Source: Nitrospirota bacterium (GTDB lineage Bacteria; Nitrospirota; UBA9217). From it: a stretch of DNA of 64,000 bases. Positions 21,899-32,029 of the stretch are shown here, one piece after another (within the stretch, counting starts at the first letter, position 1; every line of letters starts with the position of its first letter). Location of the stretch: positions 128,001 through 192,000 of the forward strand of contig CAVWHO010000007.1 in NCBI GenBank assembly GCA_963754875.1. Reading direction: 5' to 3'. The notes under the pieces are model-generated. The model was not told the origin of the DNA, did not search any database, and saw nothing but the letters and a program-made list of their open reading frames with translations. Both the position numbers and the translations under genes were made by a program.

Positions 21899-22021
21899 CG
21901 ACTCGCGTATAAAACAGCATGCACCTTCCGTCGGATTGTTGCGTCGAGCGGAAATATTCCTGTTTTACGTAGCTTCGTAGCTCTGCGCCCCCAGGTTTCC
22001 CGGGGTTTGCTCTGAGCAAAG
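21888..22021 (-). ncRNA. GEMM-I (c-di-GMP-I family) riboswitch, A20 variant, extended third stem
   Basis: P1 CUUUG/CAAAG; J1/2 CUCAGA; GCAAACC-CCGG-GAAA-CCUG-GGGGCGCA; long stem CGUAAAACAG/CUGUUUUAUACG; 3' GAGCCGCC. Confidence 0.82.
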
Positions 22022-22058
22022 GATATGTTAACCTAGAACTCGATGCAACGACAGTAGA

Positions 22059-22087
22059 AATTTACCATGCCGTCTTCATCTTGTCAA
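22059..22087 (-). promoter_or_regulatory. Sigma70-type promoter upstream of the riboswitch
   Basis: Minus strand TTGACA-17 nt-TAAATT with TGn extension. Confidence 0.7.
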
Positions 22088-22205
22088 GCGACAGTCTCTT
22101 TGAAAAAACGCTTCATAAAAAGCCTGACTTAATCAAAGGTTATCTGGATGACAGCCCGTACGATTACACGGTGACATTGTTCCCTGTAATCGTAATCACA
22201 CAAAT

Positions 22206-22240
22206 AAAAAGGCCATCTGCCTGATCGGCAACGGCCTTTT
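22206..22240 (-). terminator. Probable terminator after the aminotransferase
   Basis: AAAAAGGCC...GGCCTTTT inverted repeat. Confidence 0.55.
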
Positions 22241-22292
22241 CCTGATACGAACTACGCGGGAACTGGGGGACATCTGGCGTACCATGCTCGGT

Positions 22293-23594
22293 TTACGCTC
22301 CCTGCAAATATTCCGTGATTTTTTCCCGCAACGTTCTGAAGACCCACTCGAACTTAGCGTCGTCCGATTCCAGCAACGTGACGCGGAAGCCTTGCAAATC
22401 GCAGTTGAATCCCGTTAGGGGGACCACGCAGATGCCCGTAGCGCCCAGGAGGTAATAAACAAACCGCTTGTCGAGCGCAACTTCCTTCACGAGCCTCTCC
22501 ACCATCTCTTTCGCCTTGGCATTTCCGATGACGAGCTTCTGGTCCGGCGTCAAGGCGTTCGCTCGAAACATGACTGTCAGGTAAAAGGCACCGTTTGTCT
22601 GATTTACGATGATGCCCTTGATGTCCTTCAAGAGGTTGTATGCGATGCGCGACCTCTTCTCGTACACTGCATTGCGCTGGGCAATATGGTTTGCATATCG
22701 CGCATCACCCATAATGACAGGGATCACCCGTTGGGGAAGTGTCGTCGAGCAGACTTCGAGCATTTTGTCGTCCACGATACTCTTGATATATTTCGCGAAG
22801 ACGGGGTCCTTGTCGGCGTTGTAGACCTCGATCCAGCCGCACCGTGCCCCGGGCCAGGGGAGTTCCTTCGAGATGCCCTTCATCGATATGCCGCAGACGC
22901 CGTTAATCACGTCGGCCAGGGGAACGGCTTTTTTTCCGTTGTAGGTCAGGTTGATGTAGATCTCGTCGCAGACCACGAAGAGATCGTACTGTTTCGCGAT
23001 GGCCACGATCTCCAGCAATACTTCGCGAGGGTAGACCGCGCCCGTGGGGTTGTCCGGGTTGATGAGCAGGATGCCGGAGATAGACGGATTGTACTTTACT
23101 TTCATCCGCAGGTCGTTCACGTCCGGGTACCAGTGGTTGTGCGGGTCGAGCTGGTAGGACACGTACTCCGAACCCGCATGCGATGCTTCCGCCGATGAGT
23201 GCGTGCTATAGGCGGGGCTGGGGCCGATGACGCGGTACTCTTTCCGGAGCTGGCCGTAGACCTTGCTGATTGCGTCACCGAGGCCGTTGAAGAAGATGAT
23301 GTCCTCTTTCGTGATTTTGACGCCGCCATTCTTGTTCGCTTTCTGGGCGAGGAACTCCCTCGTAGCATCGAGACCCTTGGTAGGAGAATAGGCGTAGGTC
23401 AGGTCTTCTTGCATAGTCGAGGTGATGATGTCCTTGATCCAGTCGGGAAGTTTTTCTCCCTTCTGTACCGGGTCGCCGATGTTCTCCCAATTGATCTCGA
23501 TCCCGAGCTTTGCAAATTCCTTTGCAACGGCGACGATCTCGCGGATCTCATACTTAAGTTCATCGGCGCCGAGTGAAACAATATTATTTCTCAT
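22293..23594 (-). CDS. PLP-dependent class I/II aminotransferase (AlaA-like)
   Basis: NIGDP, INPDNPTG, DEIY, GISKELPWPGARCGW. Confidence 0.9.
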   Translation of the reverse strand: MRNNIVSLGADELKYEIREIVAVAKEFAKLGIEINWENIGDPVQKGEKLPDWIKDIITSTMQEDLTYAYSPTKGLDATREFLAQKANKNGGVKITKEDIIFFNGLGDAISKVYGQLRKEYRVIGPSPAYSTHSSAEASHAGSEYVSYQLDPHNHWYPDVNDLRMKVKYNPSISGILLINPDNPTGAVYPREVLLEIVAIAKQYDLFVVCDEIYINLTYNGKKAVPLADVINGVCGISMKGISKELPWPGARCGWIEVYNADKDPVFAKYIKSIVDDKMLEVCSTTLPQRVIPVIMGDARYANHIAQRNAVYEKRSRIAYNLLKDIKGIIVNQTNGAFYLTVMFRANALTPDQKLVIGNAKAKEMVERLVKEVALDKRFVYYLLGATGICVVPLTGFNCDLQGFRVTLLESDDAKFEWVFRTLREKITEYLQGA

Positions 23595-23729
23595 GGAGCT
23601 CCTTTGTAAAAAAACAGGATGTCGAGGTTCATATTACCAAATTCGAGAGCCGGGAGTAAAGCCAAAATGTGACAATCTCGACGAAAATCCTGATGTAATC
23701 ACAGGGGCACAGGGTCTCGACAGGGACGC

Positions 23730-24518
23730 TCAAAGGGCCTTCAACTTCCCCGTCACAAAAGTCCGGGCACGTTCGACGGCTTCCCGTATTTCACTGTTCG
23801 GCGGTAGCACCGCGGCCATCTTATCAACGTATCCCCGCTCCTGAGCCATTTGCAGCGATCTGATGAAATTGAGGTCATAAAGCCAGGTGAGTTGGAGCAG
23901 TTTAAAATCGTTCAGGGTCTTGAGCTCCGATTTGGATGCCATCTTTCCCTGATGCAGGCAGGCAAGGACCGTCGGCGAATAGCCCGGTACATCCGGCAGG
24001 CCGAGCGCTACGGCCGTCGCCCTGCTTGCCCCGTCCTGTCCGTAATATTCTATGAACACTCGCCAGATATCAAGCTTGTCCGCATCCCGCACGATGTGGG
24101 CAAACAGCCGCGTCCTTTGGTCCAGCGTGTCGGGGAGTGAAAAAACGTTGTGCAGGGTAACTGCATGGAGAATGAGGTTTTGTTCCTGTTCCGGCAGCGC
24201 CTGGAGCACGTCTTGTTCCAGCAGCACTTTTACGCCGAGTGCCGCATGGTTCGCCGAGACATCGTCGTCGAATGTCTTGTATTGCTGGTATTGCGGAAAC
24301 CTTCCCACATCGTGGAACAGGGCAATCGCTTCGGCGAGAAGCATGTCCTGATTATTCAGCTGCAGGCTGCGGCCGATTCGCAAGGTATTCAGGCAAACAT
24401 GGTAGGTATGGTCCTTCTTGACGGCAAAGTTCCGCTGGTCTTCCTCGACGTGCGTTGAAAAATGGACGCAGTAGTCAGCAAACCAGTCTTTTAATAGTAT
24501 GAGGTCTTTTTGATTCAT
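23730..24518 (-). CDS. HD-domain protein
   Basis: KKDHT, ALFHDVGRF, RDADKLD. Confidence 0.85.
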   Translation of the reverse strand: MNQKDLILLKDWFADYCVHFSTHVEEDQRNFAVKKDHTYHVCLNTLRIGRSLQLNNQDMLLAEAIALFHDVGRFPQYQQYKTFDDDVSANHAALGVKVLLEQDVLQALPEQEQNLILHAVTLHNVFSLPDTLDQRTRLFAHIVRDADKLDIWRVFIEYYGQDGASRATAVALGLPDVPGYSPTVLACLHQGKMASKSELKTLNDFKLLQLTWLYDLNFIRSLQMAQERGYVDKMAAVLPPNSEIREAVERARTFVTGKLKAL

Positions 24519-24724
24519 TGGTGCCTGTCCCTGCAAATTTGTGATTTTACTGCAATGACACGCACGAGTCAATAGCGGCATGGCTGTTTTTTTGATTTTT
24601 TTACCGATTGTATGCTAAATTTATCTACATTCCGTTCATATCTTTGTCTTTCTTGCCCCGGTTCTCATCATCCCGGACCGGCTTGCAAACACGAGAACAC
24701 ATTTTTGGAAAAGGAGCTTCGATT

Positions 24725-25084
24725 ATGTTCGTCCGCGAATTACGTGACTGCGAAGAATTCATTGCCGGCGATAACTGCGCCTTGCGCGAGATCCTCCATC
24801 CCGACAAGGCCGACCTCGCCTTGAGGTACAGCCTCGCCCATGCGGTCGTGAAGCCGGGAGCTACAACCTGGGAACACCGGCTGAAAACGTCGGAAGTCTA
24901 CTATATAGTAGAAGGCGAAGGCACCATGCATATCAACGACGAATCCGCGCCCGTCCTGCCCGGCTCGACCGTGTATATCCCGCCCCTGGCAAAGCAATGC
25001 ATTACGAATTCCGGAAAAACAGACCTCAAGTTCATCTGTATCGTGGATCCGGCGTGGCGCAAAGAGGATGAAGAGGTGCTATGA
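24725..25084 (+). CDS. Cupin-domain protein
   Basis: H..KTSEVYYIVEGEG...VYIPP cupin motifs; AAGGAG RBS. Confidence 0.85.
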   Translation: MFVRELRDCEEFIAGDNCALREILHPDKADLALRYSLAHAVVKPGATTWEHRLKTSEVYYIVEGEGTMHINDESAPVLPGSTVYIPPLAKQCITNSGKTDLKFICIVDPAWRKEDEEVL

Positions 25085-25112
25085 TATACAAACGAAGTAT
25101 GTCGAGGGTTCC

Positions 25113-26114
25113 ATGCCAATCATCGAAAAATCCGGTTACCAAGCGCCGTTCCTCCTGCGCAACGGGCACCTGCAAACCGTTGTTCCAGCCCTGATACGCA
25201 AACTCGGCACTCAGTTTTATCAACGGGAGCGCATCGATACTCCGGACGATGATTTTCTCGACATCGACTGGTCGAAAGTGGGCAGCGAAAGGATCGCCAT
25301 TCTTTCCCATGGTCTCGAAGGCAGTTCTCATCGCCATTATATTGTCGGGATGGCAACGATGCTGAACCGGCATGGCTGGGATGCCTTGGCCTGGAATTAC
25401 CGCGGGTGTTCCGGTGAAACAAATCGCCGGCTTCGCATGTATCACAACGGTTCCATTGACGATCTGGATTGCGTTGTCCGGCATGTGCTCAAATCCGGCG
25501 CGTATCGGACAATCGCTTTGATCGGGTTCAGTCTCGGAGGAAATCTATCGCTGGTCTATTTAGGCCGCAATGCTGATGTGCTCGACAGCCGAATCCGGAC
25601 AGCCGCTGTTTTCTCCGTGCCCTGCGATCTCCGCGCAAGTGCATTAGAACTTGCGAAGCTGAAGAATAAATTTTATATGACCGATTTTTTAGTGACGCTC
25701 CATGCGAAGATCAAGGCAAAAATGAAAATTTTACCGGGCCAGATCAATGACGACCATTTTCATCGCATCAAAAATTTTAAGGATTTCGACAACCGGTATA
25801 CCGCGCCGATTCATGGTTTTAAAGATGCGGAAGATTACTGGCGCAAATGCAGCTGCGGTCAATTCATCCCGCATATTAAAATCCCCACCTTGATCGTCAA
25901 CGCACTCGATGACCCTTTTCTCGCAGCTGGTTGTTACCCGGTCCGGGAAACACAAAACCATAAACATGTCTACCTGGAAATGCCCGGCTCCGGCGGACAT
26001 GTCGGCTTCATACAATTTAATAATGACAAGAGTTACTGGTCGGAACGACGGGCGCATGGAATTCCTGCAGCAGAACTGAAGCATGATCGGCCTCTTCAGA
26101 GGAGAATGCAATGA
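25113..26114 (+). CDS. YheT-like alpha/beta hydrolase (likely extra base near 26055; corrected stop at 26079)
   Basis: NGHLQT, HGLEGS, GFSLGG, NALDDPF, GGHVGF; corrected end WSERRAMEFLQQN. Confidence 0.88.
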   Translation: MPIIEKSGYQAPFLLRNGHLQTVVPALIRKLGTQFYQRERIDTPDDDFLDIDWSKVGSERIAILSHGLEGSSHRHYIVGMATMLNRHGWDALAWNYRGCSGETNRRLRMYHNGSIDDLDCVVRHVLKSGAYRTIALIGFSLGGNLSLVYLGRNADVLDSRIRTAAVFSVPCDLRASALELAKLKNKFYMTDFLVTLHAKIKAKMKILPGQINDDHFHRIKNFKDFDNRYTAPIHGFKDAEDYWRKCSCGQFIPHIKIPTLIVNALDDPFLAAGCYPVRETQNHKHVYLEMPGSGGHVGFIQFNNDKSYWSERRAHGIPAAELKHDRPLQRRMQ

Positions 26115-26698
26115 ACGTATCAGTCATCCTGGGCCACCCGCACAACGAGAGCTTTAATCATGCAATTGCGAAAGCTGTTGTCGCAGCGCTCCGGGAAAAA
26201 GACCACCAGATCATGTTCCACGACCTTTATGCCGAACACTTCGAAGCCGCGCTGAGTGCTGCCGAAATCCCCAAAAACGCTTTGCTCGATGTTGCCGTTC
26301 AAAGGCATTGCGATGAAATTGCCACAGCCGACGGCATCATTATCATCCACCCGAACTGGTGGGGCCAGCCGCCGGCAATCCTGAAAGGCTGGATCGACCG
26401 GGTGATCCGTCCGGGCGTGGCCTATGAATTCATCGAGGGAGACAGCGGCGAAGGCGAGCCCCGGGGGCTGCTCATGGCTAAAACAGCGCTCGTGTTCAAC
26501 ACGTCGAATACCGGGGCCGAACGGGAGAGGGATGTATTCGGCGACCCCCTCGAAACGATCTGGAAGAACTGCATCTTCGGTCTTTGCGGCGTTCATAATT
26601 TCTATCGCAAGACATTCGGCATTATTGTCACCAGCACGCCGCAGCAAAAAGAAGAATGGCTGCAAGAGGTAAGGGACGTTGTCACCAGATATTTTTAA
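26111..26698 (+). CDS. Flavodoxin-fold NAD(P)H oxidoreductase
   Basis: GHP..SFN, DLY, HPNWWGQPPAILKGWIDRV. Confidence 0.9.
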   Translation: MNVSVILGHPHNESFNHAIAKAVVAALREKDHQIMFHDLYAEHFEAALSAAEIPKNALLDVAVQRHCDEIATADGIIIIHPNWWGQPPAILKGWIDRVIRPGVAYEFIEGDSGEGEPRGLLMAKTALVFNTSNTGAERERDVFGDPLETIWKNCIFGLCGVHNFYRKTFGIIVTSTPQQKEEWLQEVRDVVTRYF

Positions 26699-26720
26699 AG
26701 AGAGAAAAAGGACCCATTAC

Positions 26721-27464
26721 ATGGAAAACAGGGCCGACACCAAAACAAAACATTTTAGCGGTTTTTCAGAAAAATCATCGACCTTCCTGAAGCAGCTCAA
26801 GAAGAACAACGATAAGCTCTGGTTCGATGCACACAAGCAGGAATTCGAGCAGTATCTCCTCCAACCCCTGCAGGCCCTTGTCTCGGACCTTGGTGAATCC
26901 ATGCTCGCCATCGACCCCTTGCTGGAAGTACGACCGGCAACGAACAAGACCATCTCGCGAATTTACCGTGACACGCGCTTTTCCAAAGACAAATCGCCGT
27001 ACAAGACCACTATGTGGCTCACCTTCAAGAGGCCGGGTGAAAACTGGCAGGACGGCCCTGCGTATTTCTTTGAGATCGGCGTTGACCTTTATCGGTACGG
27101 CATGGGCTTTTACCAGGCATCGAAGGAGACCATGGACAACTTCCGGGAACTCATTGATACGAAACCGAAGGAGTTTCAAAAGGCGATCGCATTCTACGCA
27201 CGGCAAAAAGACTTCGTAGTAGAAGGCGAGCAATATAAGCGGGTCCTGGATGCAGACAAGCCGGAAGCTTTGCAAGTCTGGTATCAGCGGAAGAGTTTGT
27301 ACCTCGTCTGCAGCCGGAAAACCGATAAGGCACTCTTCAGCAAGAAGTTGGTCAACGACCTGAAGACCGGCTATGCGCTCCTTGCGCCTCTGTATTATTT
27401 ATTCTGGAAGGCAGCGCTTCTGACCAGGGAAAAGGAAACTCATCGGAAACAGTTTTTTTACTAG
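26721..27464 (+). CDS. DUF2461-family protein
   Basis: NNDKLWFDAHK, RIYRDTRFSKDKSPYKT. Confidence 0.88.
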   Translation: MENRADTKTKHFSGFSEKSSTFLKQLKKNNDKLWFDAHKQEFEQYLLQPLQALVSDLGESMLAIDPLLEVRPATNKTISRIYRDTRFSKDKSPYKTTMWLTFKRPGENWQDGPAYFFEIGVDLYRYGMGFYQASKETMDNFRELIDTKPKEFQKAIAFYARQKDFVVEGEQYKRVLDADKPEALQVWYQRKSLYLVCSRKTDKALFSKKLVNDLKTGYALLAPLYYLFWKAALLTREKETHRKQFFY

Positions 27465-27507
27465 CATGTCGAAGTACCCTTTCGGGTCGTACACAGGAGG
27501 AGGGCTG

Positions 27508-27792
27508 ATGAGGAAACAGGCGTCCCGCCTAACAAGACTTCGCAACCCGATGCCCGCGTTAGTTCGGAAAGCGCTCATGGAGCGCGGCCTTATGGAAGCC
27601 TATCGCGATCGTCCGCCCTATCAGAAAAACGATTACCTCGGCTGGATCATTCGCGCGAAGCTTGAACAAACCCGGCAAAAGCGGCTTGGCCAGATGCTTG
27701 ATGAACTTGCTCGACGCGATCGCTACATGAAGATGGTTTATCGAATGAGCCCTGACAAGGCAAATAGGAAAAAAGCAAGCCCACGTCTTTAA
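27508..27792 (+). CDS. YdeI/OmpD-associated family protein
   Basis: RPPYQKNDYLGWIIRAKLEQTRQKRL; AGGAGG RBS. Confidence 0.8.
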   Translation: MRKQASRLTRLRNPMPALVRKALMERGLMEAYRDRPPYQKNDYLGWIIRAKLEQTRQKRLGQMLDELARRDRYMKMVYRMSPDKANRKKASPRL

Positions 27793-28043
27793 CACTGATA
27801 AAGACGGATTAAACTTCATGGAAAAAACATGGTTCTGCATAATTAATCAGTATTCACAAAGTAAATTTTGGGCCCATTTCAGGTAGAATTTGCTGGTAAA
27901 CCACTAAAGTACGACCAAGTTCAGCCCGACCTTTCCGAACATTTCGCACATCCTTCCTTCAAAAACCATTTGCCATAAAGCCCTTCTTGCGTTATTATAT
28001 GAAGTTCTATTTTTGCATCCCATCTCACAGTAAAGGTTAAAGA

Positions 28044-29909
28044 ATGCTCCAGGTCACAAACATCGAAAAATCCTACGGAAAGCAGGTGCTCTTCGACGGC
28101 GTCGGCTTTACCGTTAACCCGCGCGAACGCGTGGGGCTCGTAGGCAGGAACGGCCACGGCAAGTCCACGCTTTTCCGCATGATCCTGGGTGAAGAACACC
28201 AGGACGCAGGCACGATCACCGTGCCTTCGGGGTACACCATCGGCCATTTGTCCCAGCACATCCATTTTACCGAGGATGCGGTGATCAAAGAGGCGTGTCT
28301 CGCCTTGCCAACAAACGAAGACCATATCGACGAGACGTACAAAGCCGAGGCCATCCTGCACGGTCTCGGGTTCACGAATGCGGACTTCGACCGCCATCCC
28401 TCGTCGCTTTCCGGCGGCTACCAGGTCCGCCTGAACCTGGCCAAGGTGCTGGTGTCCGAACCGAACCTCCTGCTTTTGGACGAACCCACGAACTACCTCG
28501 ACATCGTGTCGGTCCGCTGGCTCACGCAGTTCCTGCGCGCTTGGCGGAACGAAATGATCATCATCACTCACGACCGGGACTTCATGGACAGCGTCACGAC
28601 CCACACCATGATCATCCATCGCTGCAAGATGCGGAAGGTTTCGGGCGGCACGCAGAAGCTCTACGACCAGATCCTCCTTGAAGAGGAGATTTACGAAAAA
28701 ACGCGCCAGAACGACGAAAAAAAACGCAAGGAAGTCGAGCAGTTCATCAACCGTTTCCGCGCCCAGGCGACCAAGGCCAGCGCGGTCCAGTCCCGCGTCA
28801 AGGCGCTTGCTCGGCACGAGAAGCTCGACAAGCTTGAAGAGATCAGATCGCTCGACTTCAAGTTCCGGTCGGCTCCCTTCGAGGCCAAGTGGCTCATGAC
28901 CGTGGAAGACCTGTCCTTTGGCTTCTCCCAGGACGGTCCGAAGTTGATCGACGGGGTTTCCTTTGCGGTCAGCAAAAAGGACCGCATAGCCGTAATCGGA
29001 AAGAACGGCAAAGGCAAGACCACGCTCTTAAATCTCCTGGCAAAGGAGCTGTCTCAGACCTCGGGCGACGTGAAGACCCACCCGAACACGAAAATCGCCT
29101 ATTTCGGCCAGACCAACATCAACCGGCTACGTCCGGCAAAGACCGCGCTCCAGGAGGTCATGGAGTCGCATCCCGACTGCGGCCAGGGCGAGGCCCGGGC
29201 GATCTGCGGGCTCATGATGTTCGAGGGCGACAACGCGCTCAAGAAGGTGAGCGTGCTCTCGGGCGGCGAGAAGAGCCGCGTGCTTTTGGGCAAGCTCCTG
29301 GTTTCGCCTGCCAATCTCCTGATGCTCGACGAGCCCACGAACCACCTGGACATGGAGTCCATCGACTCGCTGATCGAGGCGATCGAGGCCTTTGACGGCG
29401 CAGTCATCATCGTGACCCACAGCGAGCTGATCCTCGAAGCCCTGGCAACCAAGCTGATCGTCTACGACAACGACAGCGTATCGGTCTTCGAAGGGACTTA
29501 CCTTGACTTCCTCGAACGGGTCGGATGGAGCGACGAAGGCGGCGTCCGGGTCAAGAAGGGGAAAAAGCAGGAAGCCCAAAGAAACGTCAACCGGAAAGAC
29601 TCGAAGAAGCAGCGCGCCGCCATCGTCTCGGACAAGTCAAAGATCCTGAGCTCGCTCAAAACAAGGATCGCATCCCTTGAAGCGGAAATTACCAAGCTCG
29701 AGCAGGGCGTGGAACAGACGACCCAGGAGCTGCTCGAAGCGTCGGTCAAGGGCAAGGCCCTGGAGATCAAGAATCTGTCCCAATCCGTCAGCGACGCAAA
29801 AGCGAGGATCGAGAAGCTTTTTGCGGAGCTCGAGACCGTGACCGCTGAGCATGACGCCAAGGCGCAGGAATTCGACCAGCAGCTGAACGAGCTGGCGCAG
29901 ATATCGTAG
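28044..29909 (+). CDS. ABC-F family ATPase with C-terminal coiled coil
   Basis: Two ABC cassettes (GRNGHGKS, GKNGKGKT; two LSGG; two DEPTN); no TM segments. Confidence 0.93.
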   Translation: MLQVTNIEKSYGKQVLFDGVGFTVNPRERVGLVGRNGHGKSTLFRMILGEEHQDAGTITVPSGYTIGHLSQHIHFTEDAVIKEACLALPTNEDHIDETYKAEAILHGLGFTNADFDRHPSSLSGGYQVRLNLAKVLVSEPNLLLLDEPTNYLDIVSVRWLTQFLRAWRNEMIIITHDRDFMDSVTTHTMIIHRCKMRKVSGGTQKLYDQILLEEEIYEKTRQNDEKKRKEVEQFINRFRAQATKASAVQSRVKALARHEKLDKLEEIRSLDFKFRSAPFEAKWLMTVEDLSFGFSQDGPKLIDGVSFAVSKKDRIAVIGKNGKGKTTLLNLLAKELSQTSGDVKTHPNTKIAYFGQTNINRLRPAKTALQEVMESHPDCGQGEARAICGLMMFEGDNALKKVSVLSGGEKSRVLLGKLLVSPANLLMLDEPTNHLDMESIDSLIEAIEAFDGAVIIVTHSELILEALATKLIVYDNDSVSVFEGTYLDFLERVGWSDEGGVRVKKGKKQEAQRNVNRKDSKKQRAAIVSDKSKILSSLKTRIASLEAEITKLEQGVEQTTQELLEASVKGKALEIKNLSQSVSDAKARIEKLFAELETVTAEHDAKAQEFDQQLNELAQIS

Positions 29910-29961
29910 GTCTATTTTAGAAAAGGGCAGCCCGGCCATACTTTAATATGAGGATCAATGC

Positions 29962-31956
29962 ATGAAAAAGTTTAACCGTTTTCTCCTCCATTTTATGAAA
30001 GACGCCAAACTGTGGCTGTCTTTCATGCTCTATCTCTCCTTGTTCAGGATTTCGTTCATCTTCTATTTCCGGGACAAGATGCAGCCGAACACCGGCTACT
30101 CGGATATTGTTCTTTCCGTGTTGAACGGCATCCGGTTTGACTCCATGGCATCGATCTGCTGGTTTGCCATCCCCTTTTTGGCGAGCATAGTGCTGATATT
30201 TTTCGATGCCGATCGCATCATCAACCGAATTCGCACGGTCACCGGCGTCGCGTTCATGGTTGTCACGACGATCGCCTGGGTCGTGACGTTCGGCTATTTT
30301 AAGGAGTACAACGAGCAGTTCAACTACATGCTCTTCAACCTGTACTACGACGATACGTCGGCGATCTTTAAGACGATCTGGGCGGACTATCACCCCCTGG
30401 TCTATTTTCTCATTATGGGCGCCGCTGCGGCGTTCGCAATTTTCCTCCAGAAAAGGTTCGTGCAGAGGCACTTCATATCACCGGACAAGGTAGCGGCACG
30501 CCGGTTTACGCCCCTCTCCGGCATTGTAACTGTTGTGGTCATCCTGGCCCTCGTTGTCACAGCAGCGCGGGGTTCCGTCGGAGCGCGTCCGGCCCAGCGC
30601 AAGGATGAGGCCGTGGCCAGAGATACGTTCCTGAACAAGTCCGTCGAGAACCCCTACTTTGCCCTCCTCTATACCGTGCAGGACCACATCGAGGCAGCGG
30701 GCTTTGCGGGATTGGAAAATTATATTCCCGACGGCAATGTTCGTAAAGCCGCGCAGGAACTGTTCCACAACGACCAGTCCTATGATAATCTCGACGCTTA
30801 TCTGGTCAAGCACGCCCGGGGGCCCAAGGGCGTTCCGCCGCGCCACATTTTTCTCGTGGTCATGGAAAGCTACGATGAGTGGCCGCTGCTCCCGAAGTAC
30901 GCGTCCCTCGGCGTAACGAACAACCTGAAGGCGCTGGCACAGAAGGGCCTCTATTTCAACGCCTTCCTGCCTGCATCGGACAGCACCATGCAGTCGCTCG
31001 GCGCGATCATTACCGATCTTCCCTATTCCCTCGTCGAAGCCAATTATCAGGTCACGTCGCGCAAGACGTATCCTTCATCCATTGCGGAAACCTTCAAACG
31101 CCTCGGCTACCGGACACGCCTGTTTTACGGCGGCTATCTGAGTTGGCAGCGGTTCGGCGATTTTGCCCGTGACCAGGGGTTCGAGGAGATCTACGGCGCT
31201 CCGCATATGTGGAAACCGGGAGCAGTAATCCATGAGTGGGGCGTGGACGACGAGTATCTTGTCGACTTTATCGTGAACAAGGTAAATGACGACAAACCGA
31301 GCTTCAACCTCATCATGACGACAAGTTACCATCCTCCCTACAATGTCGACGTGTACGGAAAGGGCTTCCCGTTAAAAGAGGTGCCCGCCGACATCAAACC
31401 GTTCTTCGACGGCAGCGTGAGCCTCGATGCGGGAGGCGTGAGCCTTAAGATGCTCGGCCACTTGTGGTACGCTGACAAATGTATCGGCGACCTCGTGAAA
31501 AGGGCCGGGGCGAAACTTTCTCGACCTCTTTTCGCGTTCACCGGCGATCATTTCGGTCGTAAGTTCATCAATGAACGGCCCGATTTCTTTGAAAGCTCCG
31601 CCGTCCCTTTCATCCTGTACGGCCCGGAAGTCCTTCGGGGCGTAAAGATTCCCCAGGGCGCCGTCGGTTCGCACACTGACATTTCCCCAACACTCGTAGA
31701 GCTTGCCGCACCGAAGGGATTCGAGTACTATTCCGTGGGGCAGGACCTGCTCGCGCCCAGGAAAGAATTTCTAGGCATCGGCAATGCCAAGGTCATCGGC
31801 AAGGACTTCATCTTCGATGCCAGGGACTCTCACTTGTACCCGCTCCCCGGCAAGGAGCTTCCGAAACAGCTTCCTGATGTGAACGAGCTGCTGACGACCT
31901 ACAATCGAGCGCACGGGATCGCATGGTGGCGGGAGAGGCGGGGTGAAAAGCTGTAA
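29962..31956 (+). CDS. LTA synthase-family / sulfatase-fold membrane protein
   Basis: Five N-terminal TM segments, VVMES, WGVDD, TTSYHPPY, TGDH. Confidence 0.85.
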   Translation: MKKFNRFLLHFMKDAKLWLSFMLYLSLFRISFIFYFRDKMQPNTGYSDIVLSVLNGIRFDSMASICWFAIPFLASIVLIFFDADRIINRIRTVTGVAFMVVTTIAWVVTFGYFKEYNEQFNYMLFNLYYDDTSAIFKTIWADYHPLVYFLIMGAAAAFAIFLQKRFVQRHFISPDKVAARRFTPLSGIVTVVVILALVVTAARGSVGARPAQRKDEAVARDTFLNKSVENPYFALLYTVQDHIEAAGFAGLENYIPDGNVRKAAQELFHNDQSYDNLDAYLVKHARGPKGVPPRHIFLVVMESYDEWPLLPKYASLGVTNNLKALAQKGLYFNAFLPASDSTMQSLGAIITDLPYSLVEANYQVTSRKTYPSSIAETFKRLGYRTRLFYGGYLSWQRFGDFARDQGFEEIYGAPHMWKPGAVIHEWGVDDEYLVDFIVNKVNDDKPSFNLIMTTSYHPPYNVDVYGKGFPLKEVPADIKPFFDGSVSLDAGGVSLKMLGHLWYADKCIGDLVKRAGAKLSRPLFAFTGDHFGRKFINERPDFFESSAVPFILYGPEVLRGVKIPQGAVGSHTDISPTLVELAAPKGFEYYSVGQDLLAPRKEFLGIGNAKVIGKDFIFDARDSHLYPLPGKELPKQLPDVNELLTTYNRAHGIAWWRERRGEKL

Positions 31957-31983
31957 TTTTTTTCAGGCTGAAAACGGATGGTG

Positions 31984-32017
31984 AAAAGCCCCGGACCTGT
32001 GGTCCGGGGCTTTTTTT
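31984..32017. terminator. Bidirectional intrinsic terminator
   Basis: AAAAGCCCCGGACC-tgt-GGTCCGGGGCTTTTTTT between convergent genes. Confidence 0.85.
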
Positions 32018-32029
32018 GAGGTGGCTTCG

